64,000 nucleotides of DNA from Candidatus Bathyarchaeota archaeon (GTDB lineage: Archaea; Thermoproteota; Bathyarchaeia; Bathyarchaeales; Bathycorpusculaceae), in the NCBI GenBank assembly GCA_963702095.1, contig OY969706.1, positions 1,248,001 through 1,312,000 of the forward strand. The letters run 5' to 3'. Positions 38,783-46,909 of the stretch are shown here, in pieces (the first letter of the stretch is position 1; each line of letters begins with the position of its first letter). Both the position numbers and the translations under genes were made by a program. The notes below the pieces were generated by a model. It worked only from the letters and a program-made list of their open reading frames with translations, did not search any database and had not been told where the DNA came from.

Positions 38783-39925
38783 TTAAGTGACGGTTTGGTT
38801 CCAAAAGTAAACTCGAGTGTAATTCGCCAGCAGGGCTGAGGCTTGGGGGCTGTCATAGAGTATGTTGTAGCCGGCGTTGTATTGGCTGGTTAGGGTTTGT
38901 GTGTCGTTGAAGATTTTAGGCGATAATGCGTCGGCTGGGAATATGCCCCATATGGTGTCGGTGGGGCTGCGGAAGCCAAACCCATAATCTGCGGGGACAA
39001 CGTAGGCAGCTTCGGCTGGATTTGAACCGAAACTGGCTGGGTTGCTATGCAGTGTGCTCCAGAACTGTTGCAACGCCAGAAAATGCTCCTCGGTTAAGGT
39101 GCCATAGCTTGTGGTGTTGGGGTAACTGAAAAGCACGACGTATTTGGCGCCTGCGCTATACGCCAGAGCCAAGTCACTGTAGAGTTCCGTCCCGTTTTCA
39201 AGGTAAGGAGCCTGATTGTACTTCCAAGTGACGACGACTCCGAAGTCTTTGCCAAAAGCGTCTGCGGCGCCGCGGCAGAGTGCGATGTGGCGTTGCCTAC
39301 TCTCATTGCCCACGAATTCCCCAAAGATAGTTGTGTAGTTTGACTTGTAATCGAACCAGTAGAGCCCATAGTCAGACGTCATTATTTTCGGTGAAAACTG
39401 GAGGTAATAAGCGGGGAAATAGGAGAGGTTGCCTACGAAGGCGTCTGCTACGGAAGCGTATGTTGGGTTGGGGAGGGCTGTGCTGTTAACCAGTTGATAG
39501 CGACTGTTGTCAAGTTGGTTTCCGCCGGGTTCGTCAAAGCGGTCAATGCCTATGAACTGCGTGCCGTAGCGGGTCTGCGCATCAAGCATCCACTGGCTAA
39601 TGTTGTAACTGTACCTGTCAAGCCCCGTGAAGAGCACAATAAAGTTGAGTTTGGCGTTGTATACGTAGTCGCATGCCTCTGTCAACGCGGATTCGTTTAA
39701 GGTTAAACCTGACGACCCCAAAACAAACAGGTTCGTATAGTCCTTGACTTTGTCTACCAGCGCCGCCACCAGCGACGGATCGTCTCCATACGCGAATTCG
39801 ACTCCCAAATAGAACTCGCGGCTCAAAGTTTGGTTGTCACTAAACCAGTTCCAAACCACAAAAAGCGACAAAACCACAACTACAATCAATCCGATGGCGG
39901 TGGCTACGGCGAGTTTACGATTCAA
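38783..39925 (-). CDS. Membrane-anchored hypothetical protein, possible glycoside-hydrolase-like TIM barrel
   Basis: N-terminal TM; FDEPGG, SDYGLYWFDY, GAKYVVLF; many N-glycosylation sequons. Confidence 0.65.
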   Translation of the reverse strand: MNRKLAVATAIGLIVVVVLSLFVVWNWFSDNQTLSREFYLGVEFAYGDDPSLVAALVDKVKDYTNLFVLGSSGLTLNESALTEACDYVYNAKLNFIVLFTGLDRYSYNISQWMLDAQTRYGTQFIGIDRFDEPGGNQLDNSRYQLVNSTALPNPTYASVADAFVGNLSYFPAYYLQFSPKIMTSDYGLYWFDYKSNYTTIFGEFVGNESRQRHIALCRGAADAFGKDFGVVVTWKYNQAPYLENGTELYSDLALAYSAGAKYVVLFSYPNTTSYGTLTEEHFLALQQFWSTLHSNPASFGSNPAEAAYVVPADYGFGFRSPTDTIWGIFPADALSPKIFNDTQTLTSQYNAGYNILYDSPQASALLANYTRVYFWNQTVT

Positions 39926-39984
39926 ATCAGCTCAACCAATCAAAATGTCCACGAAACACCTATTAAACGTTTGAACCAAAGCGT

Positions 39985-40428
39985 TTACCTGCCGAATAAC
40001 CCGACGAGTTTGCCCTCAGCGATAACGTGTCCTTCCATGGCTTTTTCAAGGTCGCTCTTGCTTGATTTCTCAGCTAAAGCAAGCTCTGTGTCCAAAGAGT
40101 AAACCTTAAAGTTGTAGTGATGCGGTTTACCCGGAGGAGGGCAGGGTCCAGTGTACCCAGTTTTGCCCTTACTGTTTAGTCCTTGAATGCCCGGTGCAGA
40201 GTCTTCTTCTATGGTTTTTTGGGTAGGCGCTATATTCCACATAATCCAGTGGTCAAAGGTTCCCTTTGCAGCATCTGGGTCCTCTAGGATCAAAACGAGG
40301 CTTTTTGCACCTTCAGGCATGCCCTCTATAGTTAGGGGCGGATTGATGCTCTGGTCGTCGCAACTGTATTTTTCGGGAATATGCTGGTTTGGTTCGAATG
40401 CTGGGCTGCTAACCTTTAATTCTTTCAT
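39985..40428 (-). CDS. YbhB/YbcL (PEBP) family protein
   Basis: EDPDA..FDHW..GYTGPCPP..HHYNF. Confidence 0.92.
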   Translation of the reverse strand: MKELKVSSPAFEPNQHIPEKYSCDDQSINPPLTIEGMPEGAKSLVLILEDPDAAKGTFDHWIMWNIAPTQKTIEEDSAPGIQGLNSKGKTGYTGPCPPPGKPHHYNFKVYSLDTELALAEKSSKSDLEKAMEGHVIAEGKLVGLFGR

Positions 40429-40532
40429 AGAAATCCATTTTCCTTGTATGTTCTGTCGGATAAATAGTTGGCGAACATCACGTTTGCTACAACAAACAGT
40501 GGCTGACTTTAAAGAAGATCATCTAAGAATAG

Positions 40533-40658
40533 TTAGGGTGCAGTACCCACTCTGGCTTCAGTGCTCTGTCCCTTATGTACGTTCATTCGGTGCTGTCTTA
40601 GTTCTTCGGGGTTTGAAAATTCCATTTTGCATATTGGACACTTATAGGTTTCATACAT
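40533..40658 (-). CDS. Single C2H2 zinc-finger micro-protein (41 aa)
   Basis: MYETYKCPICKMEFSNPEELRQHRMNVHKG.. = Y-x-C-x2-C-x3-F-x5-L-x2-H-x4-H. Confidence 0.8.
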   Translation of the reverse strand: MYETYKCPICKMEFSNPEELRQHRMNVHKGQSTEARVGTAP

Positions 40659-40758
40659 GGGACACCGCGTCTCTTTGCCAAGCCAATGGCTGTAAAACGT
40701 TTAAATAAATTTGTGACTGTACCCATACAGCAAACGAAGGTTAAAGTAGGGCGCAGTT

Positions 40759-40947
40759 TTAGGTTTGCTCTTCAGTCCATTTCTCCACAATCAATTTGCC
40801 CTCGTTTGGGCTGAAATGCACCTTCACTGGCATCGAGCCGTTGCATTTCAGTGGAAACATGCTGTCGTCTACTACGCGCACTGGCAGATAGAGCAGGTAG
40901 CGTTCGTCTTTCCGTTTAAAGATTGTTCCCTTTCCCTCATTTCCCAT
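40759..40947 (-). CDS. Small AbrB-like swapped-hairpin protein
   Basis: RYLLYLPVRVV..PVKVHF..GKLIVEK. Confidence 0.6.
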   Translation of the reverse strand: MGNEGKGTIFKRKDERYLLYLPVRVVDDSMFPLKCNGSMPVKVHFSPNEGKLIVEKWTEEQT

Positions 40948-41038
40948 AATACCACGGACGTGTTAACGTTGACTGCCACAATGCTTTTTAAAGTTACTGT
41001 TAATCCACCGAAAAAAGGGTAGGCTGCGGCTGCTATGT

Positions 41039-42736
41039 TTATACTTCGGCTTTTCTTATGAGTTCTTTGGCGCTGTTTATGTTGATTCTGTAGAAGACTG
41101 CTGCGATGACAACTGAGATTACGCCGCTGATTACGATTGAGATTGCAAGGTTTAAGTCGCTGACCGTTCCGAGGTTGATGAAGCCTGACAGGACATAGCC
41201 TAAAGCGTATGGTGCAAGGGGTGCCAGCACAGCTAAGCCGGCGAGTAAGCAGACGACGAGGCTTATTAGTGCCCATTCTTGGCGGATCATTCTTGATCTG
41301 CGGCTAACGGTGAAATCTGCTCCTTTGAAACCAATCGACAACGATATGGGACCTACAGCCAACACTAGGAATAGTCCCTCGAGGAAAGCCAAAATGATCA
41401 CTCTTAGCGAGGGTTGATAGAATACTGTTCCCACGATTCCAGTTACGACTAGAATAAGTAATGATAACATTGTTAGGAAGAACAGTTTACTCTTCACCAA
41501 GTTCTTGGGCGAAATAGGTGAGGCATAAATTCTCCAGATAGCTTGCCCTTCTTCGCCTATTAGCATGTTTCCGATGCTCATCGCCATAATTGAGCAGGGA
41601 AACAGGAAAATCATCGCCATGAATATGAGGCTGACTTCAGTTGGTGCTCCACTGTTGCTGATGTTTAGGGAGTTCATTATAGGGACAATGACGAAGACTA
41701 TGGGCACGATGAATATGCTTATGAGTTCTCTTCGTCGGGTGAAGGCGCGGATGTCTTTGTTGATTAGGGCTGCTTCCACGGTTGAGAAGCCGATTTTCCC
41801 TAAAAACCCTGTTCTGGGTGCGTAGACGGTGCCGCTTGTTTGAACGGTGATTGCCGGTGGCTCATAGAGTCCAAAACGTGTATTCATTACTAGGGCAAGG
41901 TAGAACAAGCCCGCTATAAACAGTGCTGATAAAGCGACGAATAGGAGTCCCAGTAGTAGTGTGCCGCCGAGTAAGTAGGACAGCGTTATGCCTAGCCAGA
42001 CAAAGGGTACAAACCAAACAGTGCTCTGTACCTGCGCTAAACCCTGTATGAAAGCAGCGGTACCCTGGGTTAGGGATAGATAAACAATGTAGAATATGAG
42101 GAAAAAGATGAGTGTGCCGATGAATCGGACCCATACGGCTGCTTTGCCACTTGACTTATACACGGCTCCTGTGAAGCGCACTTGGAGAACGCGGATGATT
42201 TCTGTGGTGGAACTCGCCATAAAAGCGGCGCCAAACATCGCAAGAGAAGTCAGCAATGCAGCCACAATTAAACCGTTGAGAGCTGCGAAAACAAGCACGC
42301 CTGCTACAAAAGCTATTACCGTGGCAAGCGTGATTCCGAATAAGTTCGCCAGAATTGACGCTAAGGTGTGTTCCTGCCAAGTTATGGGAAGCCAATACAT
42401 GACTTGGGAGGTTGCTTTGACGCCTGCTAACTGTATCTGCTGCAGCATAGTGAGGACTATGCTTAGAATAAGTATCAAGGTTGGAAGCGAAACGAAGAAG
42501 CCAAGTGCGGCTTGAGACAGAGGCGGCAGAAGTGCACCGGCGTCGGAGCTTGCATAAATCGCGGCAACTACCAAATTAGCAATGTAGCCGCCGACTATGC
42601 CGATGATGGCTGCAACCCAGTAGGGCCAATAAGCTATGATGCCTCTTTCCCGGTACCTTGTAGTTTTTACGCCACGCAGCAGCCTGCCTGATTTGCGTTC
42701 GACACGTAGCAGGTAGAGGACGTTTTTCCAGTTCAT
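41039..42736 (-). CDS. Large ABC exporter permease (double ABC-2 type)
   Basis: About 13 TM helices, ASPISPKNLVKSK; coupled to ATPase. Confidence 0.8.
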   Translation of the reverse strand: MNWKNVLYLLRVERKSGRLLRGVKTTRYRERGIIAYWPYWVAAIIGIVGGYIANLVVAAIYASSDAGALLPPLSQAALGFFVSLPTLILILSIVLTMLQQIQLAGVKATSQVMYWLPITWQEHTLASILANLFGITLATVIAFVAGVLVFAALNGLIVAALLTSLAMFGAAFMASSTTEIIRVLQVRFTGAVYKSSGKAAVWVRFIGTLIFFLIFYIVYLSLTQGTAAFIQGLAQVQSTVWFVPFVWLGITLSYLLGGTLLLGLLFVALSALFIAGLFYLALVMNTRFGLYEPPAITVQTSGTVYAPRTGFLGKIGFSTVEAALINKDIRAFTRRRELISIFIVPIVFVIVPIMNSLNISNSGAPTEVSLIFMAMIFLFPCSIMAMSIGNMLIGEEGQAIWRIYASPISPKNLVKSKLFFLTMLSLLILVVTGIVGTVFYQPSLRVIILAFLEGLFLVLAVGPISLSIGFKGADFTVSRRSRMIRQEWALISLVVCLLAGLAVLAPLAPYALGYVLSGFINLGTVSDLNLAISIVISGVISVVIAAVFYRININSAKELIRKAEV

Positions 42737-43506
42737 TTGAGTAGTTCCTCAACGACTGCTTTTAAGTCGCCTGTTCCGGTTAACTTGAGGAATATGTCTT
42801 CTAAGCCTGAGCCCGGTGCGCTTGCTCTCTCACGGAGCTCGCTCATGTTACCCAACGCTATGATGCTGCCCTGGTACATGATGCCTATGCGGTCACACAC
42901 TGCCTCTGCAATTTCTAAAACATGCGTTGATAAGATGGTGGTTACTCCTTGGTTTTTGAGTTGGTGGAGGTAGTCTTTGACGATTTTTGCGCTGCGGGGA
43001 TCCAACGCGTTGAGTGGCTCGTCGAGAATCAGCAGTTTCGGTTTATGGAGGAAAGCTCCAATCAAGCTTACCTTCTTTTTCATACCATCCGAGTAACTGT
43101 TAATCATGTCTCCCTCGCGGCCTTCAAGCTGGAGCGCTTTGAGGTATTCGGTTATCCGCTGCTTCTTTTCAGCGTTAGGTACACTGTAGATGTCGGCTAT
43201 GAAGTCAAGGTACTCTATCCCTGTTAAGAACTCGTAAACGTTGGGGGATTCAGGAACATAACCTACTTGCCGCTTGACGGCAACAGGGTCTTTCTGCACA
43301 TCTATACCCAACACGATAACTTGGCCTGCGGTGGGCTGAAGCAAACCCAGAAGCATCTTTAGAGTGGTGGATTTGCCTGAACCGTTCGGACCCAGCAAAG
43401 CGAAGATTTCGCCTGTCGGAATGGTTAAGCTGATGTTGTTCACTGCCAATATTTCGTTGTAGCGTTTAGTTACGCCTACAAGTTCAACTGCGTTTGCACT
43501 GCTCAT
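42733..43506 (-). CDS. ABC transporter ATP-binding protein
   Basis: GPNGSGKST, YSDGM, LILDEP; ATG 43506. Confidence 0.92.
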   Translation of the reverse strand: MSSANAVELVGVTKRYNEILAVNNISLTIPTGEIFALLGPNGSGKSTTLKMLLGLLQPTAGQVIVLGIDVQKDPVAVKRQVGYVPESPNVYEFLTGIEYLDFIADIYSVPNAEKKQRITEYLKALQLEGREGDMINSYSDGMKKKVSLIGAFLHKPKLLILDEPLNALDPRSAKIVKDYLHQLKNQGVTTILSTHVLEIAEAVCDRIGIMYQGSIIALGNMSELRERASAPGSGLEDIFLKLTGTGDLKAVVEELLK

Positions 43507-43619
43507 CCCAAACACACCCACCCATCTGAATAGATAATAATCCGTATTTAAAAGTAATGTGAGTAACCCGCGGTTCTCAAGTGAAAAGAACATTCTGGAG
43601 CTAAAAAAATGAAAAAGGA

Positions 43620-44066
43620 TCAAACAAAGTTTAATTCAAAACTAATCGGTACAGCTTCACCCCATGACTGCCGAATTGGACAAATCTTCTGCGCCATACC
43701 ATAAACCGTAGTTGCTTTCTTACGCTCCCACTCGTTATCGTTCAGCAAACCCACGTTCATAACAAAGTGCACGTCCGTGAAAATCAGTTTCTCCATTCCT
43801 TCCACATCCATCTTTACCGTTGCATTGGTCTCAAGTTTTTTGAGGTCTAATTGACTATTTCTTGCAATCAACATAAAGAGCGTGTTTATACAGGATGCCA
43901 AGGCTGCGGCGAAAATGTCTTCGGGGGTACAGTAGCCTTCTTTTCCACCAAACGATGGGGGCGGACTGACCGCGACGAATTGTTTACCTCTGGCTGAGAG
44001 TGTGCATTCGGTTTCTCCATTCCAAGTGGCGCTTCCTTCAAAATTTAGTTCGGGCATAGAATTCAC
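43620..44066 (-). CDS. OsmC family protein
   Basis: PPPSFGG..TPEDIFAAALASC..CPI. Confidence 0.88.
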   Translation of the reverse strand: MNSMPELNFEGSATWNGETECTLSARGKQFVAVSPPPSFGGKEGYCTPEDIFAAALASCINTLFMLIARNSQLDLKKLETNATVKMDVEGMEKLIFTDVHFVMNVGLLNDNEWERKKATTVYGMAQKICPIRQSWGEAVPISFELNFV

Positions 44067-44140
44067 AGTTTAGATTCTATACTACGTCTCGATTTATTTT
44101 TTGCGGTAATCCCTTCACAGTATTTGCCGCAATTGTTCTG

Positions 44141-44425
44141 TTATTGCCCTTGCTCCTGTCTGAGCTTACGATACTCCTCTTCTGTCAACCTCTCAAGGTA
44201 TCCGGTGTGCGCAAAAACCGTCAAGTAATGGGCAACCAATCCGATTCCCCAGAAAACCAGCGGAAACAAAAACCATGGAAAAACCGTTAATCCCCCGGTA
44301 AAGAGCCATATCAGAAATAACATTGTATTGACACCGATGTAAACGGCAAGGTGAATGTAGAATCCGAGCTTAGCTTCCGCTCTGGTTCTTGCTCTCCGCC
44401 GGAGTTCGTCCTCTGAAACCGACAC
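44141..44425 (-). CDS. 2TM domain protein
   Basis: GFYIHLAVYIGVN..PWFLFPLVFWGIGLVAH. Confidence 0.85.
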   Translation of the reverse strand: MSVSEDELRRRARTRAEAKLGFYIHLAVYIGVNTMLFLIWLFTGGLTVFPWFLFPLVFWGIGLVAHYLTVFAHTGYLERLTEEEYRKLRQEQGQ

Positions 44426-44576
44426 AAAAACACCAACCCTATGTTGGTGCAACTATTATTAAACATTTTAGCCAGCGCTAACCAACAGATATGCGTCCTA
44501 AATAAATCTATATTGCAAGCAAATACCCTTAAATCCACCAAAAGTTCCAATGCTAAAAAAGAGAGACACACCAAAA

Positions 44577-45566
44577 ATGCCCCCTGCAATCGAAACCCAC
44601 AAGCTAACCAAAACTTACAGCCACCTAAAAGCAGTTGACAGCCTCGACATTTCCGTTGAAAGCGGCGAAATTTTTGGGTTGCTATGCCCCAACGGAGCAG
44701 GTAAAACCACCACCGTGTCGATGCTATGCACCATTCTAAAACCAACCTCTGGCACCGCAACGGTAAATGGATATGACATCGTGCGGGAATCCAACAAGGT
44801 AAGAAAATCCATAGGCATAGTCTTCCAAGACCCAAGCATCGACGACCGCTTAACAGCCAAAGAAAACCTCACCATGCACGCCAACCTCTACGGCGTACCC
44901 GCCTCCGAGCAAAGGGGACGCATCGACCGTATCTTAAAACTTGTGGAACTTGAAGACCGAGCAGACGATTTACTGCGTACTTACTCCGGTGGCATGCGCC
45001 GGCGGCTTGAGCTGGGCAGAGGTTTGCTGCATTACCCCAAAGTGCTCTTCCTCGATGAACCCACCGTCGGGTTGGACCCTCAGACCAGAGACCACATCTG
45101 GAAATACATCAAAGAACTAAAAGAAACCCACGACATCACAGTCGTTTTAACCACCCACTACATGGATGAAGCCGACAGGCTATCAGACCGCATCGCAATC
45201 ATGGACCACGGCAAGGTTGTGGTGTTAGATACGCCCCCTAAACTAAAAGAAACCCTTGAAGGCGACGTCATAACGGTTCGGGCAAACAACGTCGAAGTCC
45301 TGTCGGATTTAGTGGCTAAATGGCTCGGATTCAGCAAACGCAGCATCGTTGACGGTACCTTAGAAATTACGGTGCCCAGTGCCAAAGCAGCGATGCCCCG
45401 CATCATGGAAATAGCAACCCAAAACAACATCTACGTCGAATCCCTGCTCTCCCGTGAGCCTAACCTCGAAGACGTTTTCCTCCACTACACAGGCCGCTCG
45501 ATACGTCAAGACTCAACTAAGGAGCTGCATGGCTTATCGGCGGCTCGCAGGAGAGCCATAAGATGA
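44577..45566 (+). CDS. ABC exporter ATP-binding protein (DrrA-like)
   Basis: CPNGAGKTT (first Gly replaced by Cys), YSGGMRRRLE, LFLDEPTVGLDP. Confidence 0.9.
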   Translation: MPPAIETHKLTKTYSHLKAVDSLDISVESGEIFGLLCPNGAGKTTTVSMLCTILKPTSGTATVNGYDIVRESNKVRKSIGIVFQDPSIDDRLTAKENLTMHANLYGVPASEQRGRIDRILKLVELEDRADDLLRTYSGGMRRRLELGRGLLHYPKVLFLDEPTVGLDPQTRDHIWKYIKELKETHDITVVLTTHYMDEADRLSDRIAIMDHGKVVVLDTPPKLKETLEGDVITVRANNVEVLSDLVAKWLGFSKRSIVDGTLEITVPSAKAAMPRIMEIATQNNIYVESLLSREPNLEDVFLHYTGRSIRQDSTKELHGLSAARRRAIR

Positions 45567-46324
45567 CTGAGACACGTGCACTCTACACGCTGTGGCTGAG
45601 GGAAATCAAACGTTTCCTCCGCGACAGGGCACGCGTAATCATAAGCTTCATTCAACCGTTGCTGTGGCTGGTGGTTTTCGCCGCTGGGTTTGGGGCACGC
45701 CTAACAATCCCCGGCATTGACTACCAGCAATACCTTTTCCCAGGTATCATAGGGCAAACACTGCTTTTCACAGCGATGTTTATGGGCGTCAGCGTTATTT
45801 GGGACCGAGAATTCGGCTTCATGAAGGAGGTCCTTGTTTCCCCCGTTTCACGGTTCACTATTTTCATCGGCAAAATGTTCGGCGACAGCACAGCCGCCTT
45901 GCTGCAAGGGGTTATAGTGTTTGCCTTCGGCTTCCTACTGGGCATACCCTTTAACCCCTTAACATTGTTTGCGGCACTACCGGTCATGCTCATAATTACC
46001 TTTGGCTTGGTCAGTTTGGGTTTAATTCTCGCCAGTTTCATGGGCAGCCTCGAAAACTTCGGCGCCATCCAAACCTTCATCAACCTGCCCCTGTTCTTCA
46101 CCAGCGGCGCCCTGTTCCCAGTTACTGGTCCCGGTGCACCTGAATGGCTTCAAATTGTCTCAACGTTCAATCCCCTCACATACGGCGTAGACGCGTTACG
46201 AACGGTGATTTTGGGTTCTGCCTGGACGCCGCTGCATCCGCTCATCGTTGATTTGGGTGTAATCAGCTTTTTCGCTGTTGCAATGGTTGGAGTTGGCACA
46301 TGGGCTTTTGGCAGAATGAAGTAA
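45563..46324 (+). CDS. ABC-2 permease (DrrB-like)
   Basis: WDREFGFMKEVLVSPVSR, NPLTYGVDALR. Confidence 0.9.
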   Translation: MTETRALYTLWLREIKRFLRDRARVIISFIQPLLWLVVFAAGFGARLTIPGIDYQQYLFPGIIGQTLLFTAMFMGVSVIWDREFGFMKEVLVSPVSRFTIFIGKMFGDSTAALLQGVIVFAFGFLLGIPFNPLTLFAALPVMLIITFGLVSLGLILASFMGSLENFGAIQTFINLPLFFTSGALFPVTGPGAPEWLQIVSTFNPLTYGVDALRTVILGSAWTPLHPLIVDLGVISFFAVAMVGVGTWAFGRMK

Positions 46325-46343
46325 AATGAAAAGGTACAAGTGG

Positions 46344-46631
46344 TTACTGTTTGTTGGTCATTTCGTTGATTTGCTCTTCCATGGCGTGTCCGCGGCAGTA
46401 GACTTCGGTTTTCTGGACGCCTGGGACGGTTTTGGCTGCGTCTCGGATGTCGGCGGCAAGCTTAAAAGCTATGGGGCAGAAGGGGCTGGTGGGGACAAAT
46501 TCAACGGTGACTGCTCCGGGCGCTGTTTCTTTAACGCTTTGGATCATCTGCATTTCTTCAAAGGTTTGCCCGGTTTCGGGGTCTTGAACTTTGCCTACTT
46601 CTAAACGTACTTTGTCTTCTAATTCAGTCAT
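46344..46631 (-). CDS. DUF59/MIP18 Fe-S assembly protein
   Basis: VQDPE..PTSPFCPIA. Confidence 0.88.
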   Translation of the reverse strand: MTELEDKVRLEVGKVQDPETGQTFEEMQMIQSVKETAPGAVTVEFVPTSPFCPIAFKLAADIRDAAKTVPGVQKTEVYCRGHAMEEQINEMTNKQ

Positions 46632-46909
46632 TAAGTTCTAACCTCAATGATTTTAAGTAGATATGGATGAATATGGCATATAAACTAATTGACCATTTTT
46701 TATTGTTATCATCCCTCTTTAGTGCTCTCAAGGTTGCTTTTGCCTTTCTAGAAAAGGGTTTTTTAATAGAAAAGCGAATTTGTTGATTTGATCATCATTT
46801 AGATTCACTTTTTACTGATGGCTTAAGTGCATTTATCTAAAGCAAATCCTTTTGAATGGTTCATTTTTTTACTCTGCACAGAAAAGCGTTGCAAAAATTT
46901 AAATAGCTA

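Noticed and set aside
44677-44712. Walker A CPNGAGKT in place of GPNGAGKT
   Set aside because: Single substitution that may be an error or tolerated; the other motifs are intact.
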